Origin: Mobula hypostoma | Lineage: Eukaryota | NCBI RefSeq assembly: GCF_963921235.1 | Contig: NC_086097.1 | Coordinates: 221,342,001 to 221,406,000 of the forward strand | Reading direction: 5' to 3' | Length of the DNA: 64,000 nucleotides | Part shown: positions 26,786 to 39,744 of the stretch, piece by piece | Layout of the letters: every line of letters starts with the position of its first letter | How positions within the stretch are numbered: the first letter of the stretch is position 1 | Program-made: the position numbers and the translations under genes | The notes under the pieces: model-generated | Told to the model about the DNA's origin: nothing | Database searches by the model: none | What the model saw: the letters and a program-made list of their open reading frames with translations, nothing else

Positions 26786-27840
26786 ATAGAAACATAGAAA
26801 CATAGAAAATAGGTGCAGGAGTAGGTCATTCAGCCCTTCGAGCCTGCACCGCCATTTATTATGATCATGGCTGATCATCCAACTCAGAACCCCACCCCAG
26901 CCTTCCCTCCATACCCCCTGACCCCCGTAGCCACAAGGGCCATATCTAACTCCCTCTTAAATATAGCCAATGAACTGGCCTCAACTGTTTCTTGTGGCAG
27001 AGAATTCCACAGATTCACCACTCTCTGTGTGAAGAAGTTTTTCCTAATCTCGGTCCTAAAAGGCTTCCCCTCTATCCTCAAACTGTGACCCCTCGTTCTG
27101 GACTTCCCCAACATCGGGAACAATCTTCCTGCATCTAGCCTGTCCAATCCCTTTAGGATCTTATACATTTCAATCAGATCCCCCCTCAATCTTCTAAATT
27201 CCAACAAGTACAAGCCCAGTTCATCCAGTCTTTCTTCATATGAAAGTCCTGCCATCCCAGGAATCAATCTGGTGAACCTTCTTTGTATTCCCTCTATGGC
27301 AAAGATGTCTTTCCTCAGATTAGGGGACCAAAACTGCACACAATACTCCAGGTGTGGTCTCACCAAGGCCTTGTACAACTGCAGTAGTACCTCCCTGCTC
27401 CTGTACTCGAATCCTCTCGCTATAAATGCCAGCATACCATTCGCCTTTTTCACCGCCTGCTGTACCTGCATGCCCGCTTTCAATGACTGGTGTATAATGA
27501 CACCCAGGTCTCGTTGCACCTCCCCCTTTCCTAATCGGCCACCATTCAGATAATAATCTGTTTTCCTATTTTTGCCACCAAAGTGGATAACTTCACATTT
27601 ATCCACATTAAATTGCATCTGCCATGAATTTGCCCACTCACCCAACCTATCCAAGTCACCCTGCATCCTCTTAGCATCCTCCTCATTGCTAACACTGCCA
27701 CCCAGCTTCGTGTCATCCGCAAACTTGGAGATGCTGCATTTAATTCCCTCATCCAAGTCATTAATATATATTGTAAACAACTGGGGTCCCAGCACTGAGC
27801 CTTGCGGTACCCCACTAGTCACCGCCTGCCATTCTGAAAA
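26786..27840 (-). mobile_element. Young CR1 copy (5'-truncated) inserted antisense in the older CR1
   Basis: 312-aa ORF nearly identical to the 18.5 kb copy. (TTTCTATG)n tail. Confidence 0.95.
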
Positions 27841-29329
27841 GTTTTAAGGTGCTTGGAAGTAGATACAGAGGAGATGTCAAGGGTAAGTTTTTTACGCAGA
27901 GAGTGGTGAGTGCGTGGAATGGGCTGCTGGCGACAGTGGTGGAGGTGGATACAACAGGACTTTTAAAAGACTCCTGGAAAGGTACACGGAGCTTTGAAAA
28001 ATAGCGGACTATGGCTAACCCTAGGTAATTTCTAAAGTAAGTACATGTTCGGCACAGCATTGTGGGCCAAAGGGCCTGTATTGTGCTGTAGGTTTTCTAT
28101 GTTTCTAGGACAGAAAGCGGCAAACATCACTAAGGAACTTCTTAATCCACTACATGCTTTCTTCTCATTTCTCCTGTCACAGAAGAGGTACTGTAAAGGG
28201 GCCTGAAGACCCAAGCAATGATTCAAAAACAGTTTCTTCCCTTCTGCCATCAGGTTTTGAATGGCTCACAAACCCATGAACAGTATCTTGTCATTCCTTT
28301 CTTTTATATTACACCATCAATTTATTTATGTTTGTAATTTTATGCCCTGGCACTGCAGCTGCTGCCAGAAATCAGCATTCTTCACGTCAGTGATAACAAA
28401 TCTGATTCTGAAGTTATTGGTTAAGACGAAACGGCATGAAAACACAAATTAGAAGGTAGTTACATGTAATGTGGAAAAAATTATTATTAGTTTGGTGAAC
28501 TCTTATTTTGCTGTTTAAAAGTGTACAATGGAAAACAAGTGCATGTCATTGACGATTACTGTTTCGCAGAGTTAAGATCTCAATTGCATTCCGAGTACTG
28601 AGTGGAACAGCATCTATATACTTACTCATTAACAAGAATGACAAACTGAAAGTGCACAATTCTCTACCAGTATTGCATCAAATTATTGCAAAAGGGGCGT
28701 GTTTGTACACAGTTATAGCTGACACCTAAAACTGACTTATATGGGTAAATTTGAATGCCAACACACCAGAAGCTGCTTGCCTGCTTAGAGATCTACCTTA
28801 AAATTACTGCAGCTAGCTTTCATTTCCACTCAGTACCTCACACACTGGAATTTTATAAACAATGTTGTGGCCAGGATGTGAAGATAGAATAAATACTAAA
28901 ATTTAGGCAATAAATAAAAATATTAATTCTGCCGTGTACCCTAAAAGGATCCTGACAGAAAAATGAAGAGCTGTCCTTCAAGTTAAATGAAAATCTCAGT
29001 ATAAAGTGAACAAGCAAACTGCCTCATCCTCCCCAGATGTTTAAATTTCCTGCAGTAGTTCAGACCCATAGTTCGACTTGTATCAGTCAATTTCGAGGCA
29101 AGTAAATTATTGTGAAGGACAATTAAACAATATCTTTAATTGAGATTTCAAAAATATACCTTTATGGTTTACCAAAGAAATACAGTAGTGTATGGTAGAC
29201 ATATTATTGAACCAGTACTCTGGAAACTTGGATCAATAAGCCATTGAATTTGAATTTCAATTTGAGAATTTGTATTCAGTTTGATAAAAATAATCTTGCT
29301 GCAACTGTAGCAAAAGACAGCTATTTCAC

Positions 29330-30040
29330 TTACATCCTTCAGCCCTTAAAGACACGTGATCCTGCCTTCTTCTACTTCTTCTTCAGCCCTTTACTCTTAC
29401 ACCTATCCCTTCTCAGTTTGTTATACCTCCCCTACTCACCCATCTTGCACCTCGCCTATCACCAGCAGCTTGTACCACTTCCCATCCCCCCACCTTCTTA
29501 TTTTGCCTCCTGCCTCTTTCTTTTCCAGTCCTGATGAAAGGTTTTGATCTAAAACGTTGACTTTTTATTTCCCTCCATAAATGATGCCTGCTGACCTGCT
29601 CAGTTCCTCCAGCACTTTGTGTGTGTTGTGCTAGGCACTGCAGATGCTGGAATCTGGAGCAATGCAGAATATACCATCTTCACCTTTCCTTCCACACACC
29701 TTGCTCCAGCTGTTGATTCCTCCCTCTCTCTCCCCGCCTTCTCTATTCTCTCTCTCTCCCCCCTCCCTCTCTCTCTCTCTCCCTGCCTCCATCTATCATT
29801 CAGTAGCCAAGTCTTCAGACTCCACTCGTACTCCCCTTCCCTTACCTGGCACCACCTGCCTGTAATCTTCTGCCTCCTCCGTCCGCCGATCACTTCACAC
29901 TCCTTTTTTTGCCACCCCCATTCCCATCTCTATACTGACCATCTTGCCTTTCCATTCAGTCCTGATGCAGGGTTTCCACCCGAAACGTTGACAATTCCCT
30001 TCCTCCCACTGATGCGGTTTGACCTGCTGAATTCCTCCTT
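29330..30040 (+). mobile_element. Two old Penelope pLTR remnants with degenerate hammerhead motifs (about 29526-29562 and 29957-29992)
   Basis: cagtcctgatgaaaggttttgatctaaaacgttgact and cagtcctgatgcagggtttccacccgaaacgttgac, each after a pyrimidine-rich tract. Confidence 0.7.
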
Positions 30041-30534
30041 CGGCCTTCACTTGCCCTGCTCTTCCACTCCCATGCTGGTGTGGAGATTTGTAAGCACTTC
30101 CCAGATTGCCTGGTAAGTAAGTTGAAACTACAACAAAGGATTTTTTGGGTTCAGACAGGCACCCCAACAGCTTCGTTGCCAAATGAAGACGAGCAATAAA
30201 TGTTCTATCATGTCTACGTAATGAAAATATTAAACTTTATTGACAAGTTCCTTTTGCGGTATGAACAAATCAACAAACAAGCATTTATAAAGTGTTTCTG
30301 GATATCCCAAAGCACTTCACAGCCAATCTGAAGGTATAATCTATTACAAGGAAATACGACAAGCAGGCAGTATCCATCAATAATGATCCCCTCACCCAGA
30401 ACATGTCCTCTTTTCATTGTTACCAACAGGAAGGAGGTACAGAAGCCTGAAGGCACACACTCGATGATTCAGGAAGTCAGATAACAGTACACCAACGTCA
30501 AGTGATAAAGATAAAGATAGCGATAGAGATTAAA

Positions 30535-30950
30535 AAAGATAAAGATTAGCTTTATTTGCCACAGGAACGTACACCAAAACATTGAAGCATACAGTGAAAG
30601 GTGTTGTTTGCGTCAAATCAAAGCAACGAGGATTGTGCTGGGGCGGCCCGCAAGAGTCGCCACATTCCGACATCAGCACAGCATTCCCAAAACTCACTAG
30701 TCCTAACCCTAACCCCAACCCTAACCCTAGCCCCAACCCTAACCCTAACCCTAACCCTAACCCTAACCCTACCCCTAACCCTAACCCTAACCCTAACCCT
30801 AACCCTAACACCTTTGGAATGCAGGAGGAAGACAGATCACTCGCAGTCAATCACAAGGAAAATACAAACTCCTTACAGACAGTGCCGGAATTGAACCCAG
30901 ATCAGTGCTATAAAGTGATTGAGCTAACCACTACATTACCATGCTGCCCA
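30535..30950 (-). mobile_element. V-SINE-family copy containing an expanded (CCCTAA)n array
   Basis: Both flanks are the reverse of the 11186-11490 family. Confidence 0.75.
30702..30809. repeat. Interstitial telomere-like repeat, about 18 CCCTAA units with variants
   Basis: Seen directly. Confidence 0.95.
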
Positions 30951-31701
30951 CGGTACTTGAAAGTGGAAGTAGAATCTGTGCACGTACAACAGCTTAAGGC
31001 TCACAAGTGTACAATGTGACATTTCTATTACTCAGTTCAAGAATATGCCGTCAACACCTGCCACTACATTAAGCTGCATTCATCACATAGACAGGAAAAT
31101 TGGCAAAAGATTGATTGGATTTAAAGTGACAATGTCAATAGAGTCTAGCACCAGGCTTCAAACTGGCCTTGAACCAGAATGGGAGTTGTACTTCATCACA
31201 TTTAGGCATTCAGTTTCATCTTAGAAGTCCAATCCTATAATCATATTTGGTGCATTGTTTCTGCTTTAGGGCTTGCTAAGTTTTCAGGTCTAAAACCATT
31301 GCATTGTAGAACATCGTTTTAACTCCTGCATGGAGCCGAATGGAGCTAGTAATCCTACAGGGGTTTCCATCAGAATGTGCTGGAACTGCATAACTGTATT
31401 TCAGTTGAATGGTGTTCATCATCGGGTACCTGTTTCAGATGGAAAATGACAGCTGATTGGTGGGAAGGTGAGAAGGCTGAGGGATATTAGCCAGGCACAG
31501 GTCACCCACCAGCATCAGTGGGAGACAGCCAGCAGCACGGCTTGTCTGTGTGGACCAGGAAAGCCATTGCAGGCAGCTTCCTGAGGGCATGTGTTGAGTA
31601 GTGATGGTAGCGGTACGCTGAACACATCATACCCAGACATAATCTGCGATCCGGAGAAGCTTTCCTGCTTCTGCTGTCGCAGTATGTGACGGCTTTCATG
31701 T

Positions 31702-32317
31702 ACGCTCAGTAGCCACTTTATTAGGTATCTCCTGTACTAAATAAAGACATCACTGACTATATATTTGTGGTATTCTGCTGCGGTAACCCATCCCCTTCAA
31801 GGTTCCATATGTTGTAGGTCATGGTTATTTGAATCACTGTCACCTTCCTGTCAGTTTGAACCAGTCTGGCCATTCTCCTCTGACCTCTCTCATTAATAAT
31901 GCATCTTCGCCAACAGAACAGATGCTCACTGGATGTTTTTTGTTGATCTCATCATTCTCTGTAGACTTGAGAGCAGGGTTTCCCAACCGACAGTCCATGG
32001 ATCCCTCAGTTAATGGTAAGGTTTCATGGCATAAGGAACATTGGGAACCCTTGCTCTAAAGATGGCTGTGCATGAAAATTCCAAGAGACCAGCAATTTCT
32101 AACATACTCAAACCATCCCGCCTGGCATCAACAATCATTCCACAGTCAAAGCAACTCAGATCGCATTTCTTCCTCCACTTGGTATCACTTGGTCTGAACA
32201 ACAGCTGGACTTCTTGTCCACATCAGCATGCTTTTATGCATTCAGTGGCGGCCACGTGATTGGCTGATTAGGTATTTGCATTAATAAGCAGGTGTACTTA
32301 ATAAAGTGGCCAATGTG
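31702..32317. mobile_element. Non-autonomous Tc1-like element (family of 1188-1751)
   Basis: Same TIRs and KKCDLSCFDCGMIVDARR remnant. Confidence 0.75.
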
Positions 32318-33780
32318 TGTGTATTATTCATTTAACTTTGAGTACTTCACTAGCCACTCCAATGGAAATTTGAGTGATCAATTGTGGAGCTCATTTTGTC
32401 ATTCAGAGCCAAGTAATTTATAATTTAGGGCTGATTTATACTAGGGTTTTGGTGGTGAATTGCAGAGTGACGCAGACACAACTACACATGCTCGCTACAG
32501 CGTAGAGCTACGCAAAAGTATAAATCAACCTTTAGGGATCTAGTGAAAATTGTGTAACTTTGAAAGCAGAAATAAGAATTCACTTCAGGCTAAGATACAA
32601 CAGAAGGTTAATTTTATTTATTTGGAGACCTATTGTGGTTTTAAAACAGGAGCATTGAAGGATGGTTAAAAATATATTCAAGGCATGCTGCTGGCTTAGC
32701 AATAAAATAGCATTCAAATTAAAATCAAAGAATTTTACTAAAAAAGACAGAAATTACTTTAGCAGGGTTACATAAAATATAGGAATGTCGATTAGATATA
32801 ACAGGACCTAATGGAATAATTGGAGGATGGAAGAAATGCTTGGGGTAGCTGTATGAACTAAAGACACTATAGCAGTTGAAATAAAAAGAAACACAGCCAA
32901 TGGAAGATTAGAAATTTAATCTATATTGATTGACATAAAATATATTAAGGGATTGATCACACTAATGGGGGAGAACAAGAGATTATCCAGTGTTGGAAGG
33001 AAGGTGGGGAAGTGAGTTAAAAACATTGAATAACGGTCATGGGATTTTAACTAAATCGAAATAATCTATTATGAGGCTGTAGAAAAGCTACAGAGAGTGG
33101 GAATTTTACATCAAATTGCAAGCTCACCTATCATCTTAGATGTAAAGACCCCAATAAAGGACAGTGTGATGTTGAATCTAGTCAGAGGTAGTAAACTTGA
33201 TTTTTAAAAAGAGCAATAAATATGGACAATGAAATATTAACAACAAATATAACAAAATTAAATTACAGTGAACACTGTATATGGTTTAAGATACAGACTG
33301 TTAACAAGATAAGGCAAAGAGCAGAGTGACAAATTGTGATAAGAGTTGTTAAAGAAATGAGACTGAGAGAAAGCAAGAAACATATGAAAATAGTTGATTG
33401 ATAAAATCCCGGACATGGAACATAGAACAGTACAGCACAGGAACAAACCCTTCAGCCCAAGTATCTACCGCTCTCTGTGTAAGAGAAAACTTGACTCTTA
33501 AATCTCCTTTAAACTTTCTCCTTTCACATTAAGCACTATGTCCTCTGGTATTTGACATTTCCATTTCGGACTATTTACCCTATCTATGCTCTCATAATTT
33601 AAACAAACATCTACCAGGCCACTGCTCATCCTTTGACACTCCAGAGAAAACAATTCAAGTTTGTTCAACTTCTTTTTATATTGATATTCTCTAATCCAGG
33701 CAACATTTTGGTCAACCACTTCCGCACCCTCGCCAAAGTCCCCACATCCTTTCTGTAATGTGCTGACTAGAACTGGGTCA

Positions 33781-35362
33781 CTCCCTACGGGACTCCCTTG
33801 TCCATTCTTCCCCCCCATCCCTCCCCACCGATCTCCCTCCTGGCACTTATCCTTGTAAACGGAACAAGTGCTACACATGCCTTTACACTTCCTCCCTCAC
33901 CACCATTCAGGGCCCCAGACAGTCCTTCCAGGTGAGGCGACACTTCACCTGCGAGTCGGCTGGGGTGATATACTGCATCCGGTGCTCCCGATGTGGCCTT
34001 CTACACATTGGCGAGACCCGACGCAGACTGGGAGATAATTTCACTGAACACCTACGCTCTGTCCGCCAGGGAAAGCAGGATCTCCCAGTGGCCACACATT
34101 TTAATTCCACATCCCATTCCCATTCTGATATGTCTATCCATGGCCTCCTCTACTGTAAAGATGAAGCCACACTCAGGTTGGAGGAACAACACCTTATATT
34201 CCATCTGGGTAGCCTCCAGCCTGATGGCATGAACATTGACTTCTCTAACTTCCGCTAATGCCCCACCTCCCCCTCGTACCCCATCCGTTATTTATTTATA
34301 TACACACATTCTTTTTCTCTCTCTCCCTTTTCTCCCTCTGTCCTTCTCACTATACTCCTTGCCCATCCTCTGTTTTTCCCCCCTCCCCCTTTTCTTTCTC
34401 CTTAGGCCTCCTGTCCCATGATCCTCTCATATCTCTTTTGCCAATCAACTGACCAGCTCTTGGCTCCATCCCACCCCCTCCTGTCTTCTCCTATCATTTC
34501 AGATCTCCCCCTCCCCCTCCCACTTTCAAATCTCTTACTAGCTCTTCTTTCAGTAAGTCCTGACGAAGGGTCTCGGCCTGAAACGTCGACATTACACCAG
34601 TCATTGAAAGTGGGCATGCAGGTACAGCAGGCAGTGAAAAAGGCGAATGGTATGTTGACATTTATAGCGAGAGGATTCGAGTACAGGAGCACGGACGTAC
34701 TACTGCAGTTGTACAAGGCCTTGGTGAGACCACACCTGGAGTATTGTGTGCAGTTTTGGTCCCCTAATCTGAGGAAAGACATCTTTGCCATAGAGGGAGT
34801 ACAAAGAAGGTTCACCAGATTGATTCCTGGGATGGCGGGACTTTCATATGAAGAAAGACTGGATGAATTGGGCTTGTACTCGTTGGAATTTAGAAGATTG
34901 AGGGGGGATCTGATTGAAACGTATAAGATCCTAAAGGAATTGGACAGGCTAGATGCAGGAAGATTGTTCCTGATGTTGGGGAAGTCCAGAACGAGGGGTC
35001 ACAGTTTGAGGATAGAGGGGAAGCCTTTTAGGACCGAGATTAGGAAAAACTTCTTCACACAGAGAGTGGTGAATCTGTGGAATTCTCTGCCACAAGAAAC
35101 AGTTGAGGCCAGTTCATTGGCTATATTTAAGAGGGAGTTAGATATGGCCCTTGTGGCTACGGGGGTCAGGGGGTATGGAGGGAAGGCTGGGGCGGGGTTC
35201 TGAGTTGGATGATCAGCCACGATCATAATAAATGGCGGTGCAGGCTCGAAGGGCCGAATGGCCTACTCCTGCACCTATTTTCTATTTTTCTATGTTTCTA
35301 TGTTCCTCTTCCTATAGATGCTGCCTGGCCTGCTGCGTTCACCAGCAACTTTTATGTGTGTT
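33781..35362 (+). mobile_element. Penelope-like element 3' fragment (GIY-YIG ORF end 33932..34258) whose pLTR is split by a CR1
   Basis: FTCESAGVIYCIRCSRCGLLHIGETRRRLGDNFTEH...LGSLQPDGMNIDF. Hammerhead motif at 34556-34590. The pLTR resumes at 35303. Confidence 0.9.
34591..35302 (+). mobile_element. Young CR1 copy (short 3' fragment)
   Basis: HQSLKVGMQVQQAVKKAN... to GYGGKAGAGF, then the tttctatg tail. Confidence 0.95.
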
Positions 35363-35707
35363 ACAATACTTCAAATATGGCTGAACTGGCATTGCAATGC
35401 GACTTCCCTTCTTTATGTTCAAGACTCTGACTGATGCAGGCAAACACGCCATATGCATTCATTACCACCTCACATCCACAAGTGCTGCTACTTTCAGAGG
35501 GCTATGGACTTGCCCCCTAAGATCCCTCTGTACAATAGTGCTCCGTTACTCTTACCACTATCCTGCACAGTTTCCCTTTACTTTCCTTGTGCCATTTTTT
35601 CTTCTCAATGGCTAAACTGCTCCATATCCTACTGTATCTTTTGTCAATCTTCCTCACTACCCACAACTCCTCCAATCTTATGTCACCTGCGAACTTACTA
35701 ATCAGGA

Positions 35708-36240
35708 GCAACACACACAAAATTGCTGGAGGAACTCAGCAGGTCAGGCAACATCTATGGAAAGGAATAAACAGCCGAAGTTTTGGGCTGAGTCCCTTTG
35801 TCGGGGAAGGAAGGGGGAAGATGCCAGAATAACAACTTGGGAAGAAGTGACGAGGCTAGCTGGATGGTGGTAGGGGAAGTCAGGTAGGTGGGAAAGGTCA
35901 AGGGCTGAGAAGAAGGAATCTGACAGGAGAGGAGAGTGGGAAAGGGAAGGAGGAGGGGACCCAGGGAGAAGTAATAGGCAGATGAGAAGTAGAAGGTCAG
36001 AGTGGGGAATTAGGAGGGGCAGGTGAAATTTGTCCACTGGAAGGAGAAATCGATAATCGGGTCTTCAGTTTGGAGGGTTCCCAGATGGAAGATAAAGTGT
36101 TGCTCCTCCACCCTGAGGGTGGTCTTATTTTGGCACAAGAGGAGGCCATGGACTGACATGTCGGAACAGGAATGGGAATCGGAATTCAAGTGTTTGGCCA
36201 CTGGGAAGTTACGCTCGTGGCGGATTGTGTGGAGGTCCTC
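35708..36240 (-). mobile_element. Older Penelope-like 3' fragment
   Basis: ORF 36010..36201 KHLNSDSHS.SDMSVHGLL...LRVEEQHFIFHLGTLQ plus pLTR. Confidence 0.8.
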
Positions 36241-37477
36241 GACGTTTTTTTTCCCTGATTAATAGGTTTGAGATGACACAAAGCAAAAACAAAATGGACA
36301 AAGTATGAATTTAAAAAAATAATATTGGTAGCATTGAAAGTGAAGAAAAATGGCAGACGTTATATTATATAGTAAAGTAATATAAAATTGCTGGAGGAAC
36401 TCAGCAGGTTAGGCAACATGAACAGAAAGGAATAAACAGTCGACGTTTTGGGCTGAGACCCTTCTTCAGGGAAGGAAGGGGGAAGATGCCAAATTAAAAA
36501 CTTGGGAAGAAGTGAAGGAGGCGAGCTGGATGGTGGTAGGGGAATGTTAGACATTATATTATATAGTAAGATGTTAAATTGTATTCTAAAGTAGAAATGA
36601 ATAAACATAAAAGGGGAGACAAAACATGATACAAACAAGAGCAAGTCAGCAAAAATATCTACATATATAAGTCCATAGGTACCCAAAAATATATCACTAG
36701 GAAAGCAAACTCATGGTTGGAATAGATCACCAAGAAGGTGTATAATAAATTCACCAGAACTAACACTGAAATCACATCAATATCAATTAAATTGCTGTAC
36801 ATTTATATTTACAAGGAAGAACAAAATGTTGTACATCACACCAGAAGAAGTCGAAGTATTTAAGTTGTCATGCTACCCTACAGATAGACACCATTATCAA
36901 GAATGATGGATTGTTTCTGTGCTTATTAAAAAAGAAGGGAAGAGACAGTAAAGAGACGTGTTTCTACATACACACACATTTACAACAACCAATGCTAGAA
37001 ATTTAGTGGCGGGCTGATGTGATGCTTGCATTCAAAAAGAGTAATATAAGGTTCAGGAAATAAAATACCAATTAACTTAATGTTAGTAAAAAGGAAAATA
37101 ATATACTTAAAGATGTCATAGAGAAAACTCTCGAAACTGTAGATAGTGGGGAATAATGAGAATTGATTTAAAAAATCAATTGGACTGGTAATTGGCATTT
37201 ATTCCACACCGTCCCTTGACCTTCAATAGCAGCTTTAATATTAAATTCTCCACTATCATTTTTCTTAGAAATACTAAGGCTGCAAAAGCAAGTTGGGAGG
37301 CTGGGCATTTTGTGGCAAATTACCATCTCCTGATTCCCCAAAGCTTTTCCCCCTCTTACAAGGGAGGTTAGGAGTGCAACAACATACTTTCCATATGCTG
37401 CCCAACTGCAACTGGATAAAGATGACATCAAAAGCCACTGAGCTCAAGAACACTGCCAGTATGTGTTAGAACAACAT

Positions 37478-38002
37478 ACATTCAGTGGCCACTTTATTAG
37501 ATATTTGCTCGTTAGTGCAAATATCTAATTAGCCAAGCATGTGGCAGCAACTCAATGCATAAAAGCATGCAGACATGGCCAGGAGGTTCAGTTGTTTAGA
37601 CCAAACATCAGAGTGGTGAAGAGATGTGATCTAAGTGACTTTGACCGTGGAATGATAGTTGGTGCCAGATGAGGTGGTTTGAGTATCTCAGAAACTGCTG
37701 ATCTCCTGACAACAGTTGTTAAAGTTTATGGAGAATAGTGTGAAAGAAAAATCCAGTGAGCCGCAGTTCAGTGGGTGAAAAATGCCTTGTTAATGAGAGA
37801 AATCAGAGGAGAATGCCAGACCAACTAACCAGAAGGTGCCAGTAGCTCAGTTAACCATTACAACAGTGGTGTGCAGAAGAACTTCACTGAATATACAACA
37901 CATCAAACCTTGAAGTACGTGAGCTCGAGCAGCCAGACCAGTAACATACACCAGTAGACACTTTATTAGGCATCTCCTGTATCTAACAAAGTGGTCAGAT
38001 AG
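37478..38002. mobile_element. Non-autonomous Tc1-like element (opposite orientation to the 1188-1751 copy)
   Basis: cagtggccactttattag left end, tgtgatctaagtgactttgaccgtggaatgat transposase remnant, aaagtggtcaga right end. Confidence 0.75.
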
Positions 38003-39689
38003 TATATTTTCTTTTTCACCAACATACCAGTCCACCTTTTTCAGTGAGAGAATAGCAACAACAAATTCTTTGCTAGACCTCACTCTGTTGTGTCCTTCAG
38101 AGGAAAAACTAGCAGAGATCTGGTCGGAGGAAAGTTTGCAAATATAAGGATAGCATTGTCTGTTTTTCAGATAAAATAAAAAATGCCTTTACCACATACA
38201 ATGAAACCCAGTCTGCTGTGCTGCTTCTGCCAGTCTCTTAGGTATCCGCTGTAAATGTAATTATCCCACTAAATTATGATTACAATTACATGAATAAACA
38301 GTTAATTCAACTGCAACTGGGCGAGTACGTCTGCAGAGACATATTGCCAAACATATTTACTTGTACCATGGATTCACCTTGTTCCGATTAAAATTTGAAT
38401 GTTTCCTCAAGCATTTGGCAGCCCTAACAAAGTCTAACAGCAATTTAGCCAAAGTTGCTGTAAAATACGGCAAATTTGAAATGGTTTGTGTTTTTACAAA
38501 ACACTCTGTTAGACAGGGCAGAATTGTGCAATGTCTCCAGTACTAACATCATTCGTATCAGCTATTTATAGAAAATAGGGAAGAACTTGTTTTTTTTTGT
38601 TTCTTATTTAGTATTTTTAAAAAGTAAAACGGCTTCTTGACAGAATATAAAACATTTCTTGGGATTCATCGGTTTGTCAAAACTAAATGCATTGATACGG
38701 ACATTAAATATAGAAGATAACTATAATTTTAAATAAAAGATCAGTACTGAACTCATGGATGCGGGAGACATTGAAAAGGGAGCGAACCAATGATCTCATC
38801 TCGATGAGGGTTTCTGTTTCTTATGTTTTGACGTAAACTCGTGTCGATTATTCACTGAAACAACCTGCGACTTTGAGTCCGAACAACGGATGATCCTTCT
38901 TCAAAAATGTTTTAATCGCATAAAATTGAGGATTAAAATATTCAGTTGATTTTGCTTTGTATAAATAACGAATTATTTCGGGGAGCAGAAGGCATCCCTG
39001 ACTACCCCAGTAGCCCCTCGTCTGTACATTCCCGGGAAGGTGCGAATCTAAAGCGGCGCCTGAATGCCTGAGATGTGAGTTTTATTAACAAAGACCGCGG
39101 GACCCTTCAATACGGACGATTCACCTCCGCGATTCAGCCGCTGGAAACTCCTGCTGATGCTTCTGTCAAACGGTAGCATTGAATTCGTTTCCGCCCTATT
39201 CCTGTGCATTTCCGAATGTTTCACCCTGTTGGCGGGATCCGTGTTTTTAACAAAACAAATACTATTCCCTCAAAAGTTGCCTAAGGGAATGAAGCTTTAG
39301 CGGGTCAGCATGCTCGTTAACACTGTTAGCTCGGCAAACACCTTTTAAACTCAGGCAAGAATGATGTGATTTCAGCAGAATTTTTGTTTGAATTTTATCA
39401 AACCGTATGGAATGCAAATCATATACTGTACCGATTAACTGGCTCAGCGTTTAACAAACCCAGGCGGGGGTATTTTGCTGCGTTCAGAGACGCGGTTATT
39501 TCATTCCAGTCTGCACCAGCAGGTAGGTCAACGTACAGCCGAAAAGAGAGTGACTCTCAGTCAGAGATCATTCAAGATTGTTTAATGTCATTTCCAATAC
39601 ACAAGTGTAAAGGGGAACCAAATAATTGTTACGCTGGATCCGATGCATCATATGAAAACAGACTCAAATAAAGAACACAATAACAAAAA

Positions 39690-39692
<3 letters not shown>

Positions 39693-39738
<46 letters not shown>
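39693..39738. repeat. (TA)n microsatellite
   Basis: Seen directly. Confidence 0.95.

Positions 39739-39744
<6 letters not shown>

Larger units (their letters stand above)
23284..28106 (+). mobile_element. Older near-full ORF2 CR1 LINE (APE endonuclease and RT), split by a solo LTR and a younger CR1
   Basis: ORF 23377..24297 has YFNARNI, AITETW, GDFN, SDH. RT motifs continue at 25824-26784. The 3' end resumes at 27841 and ends in a tttctatgtttcta tail. Multiple stops and frameshifts. Confidence 0.92.

Noticed and set aside
29619..30116. 165-aa ORF
   Set aside because: Pyrimidine-rich pLTR sequence with biased composition and no domain motif.
30530..31019. PNPNPN / GLGLGL / LTLTLT ORFs, and a possible chromosome end or fusion site
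   Set aside because: Translations of (CCCTAA)n. The array is short, in one orientation, and embedded in a SINE.
34418..35203. 261-aa ORF as a novel host gene
   Set aside because: Chance in-frame fusion of pLTR sequence and a CR1 fragment.
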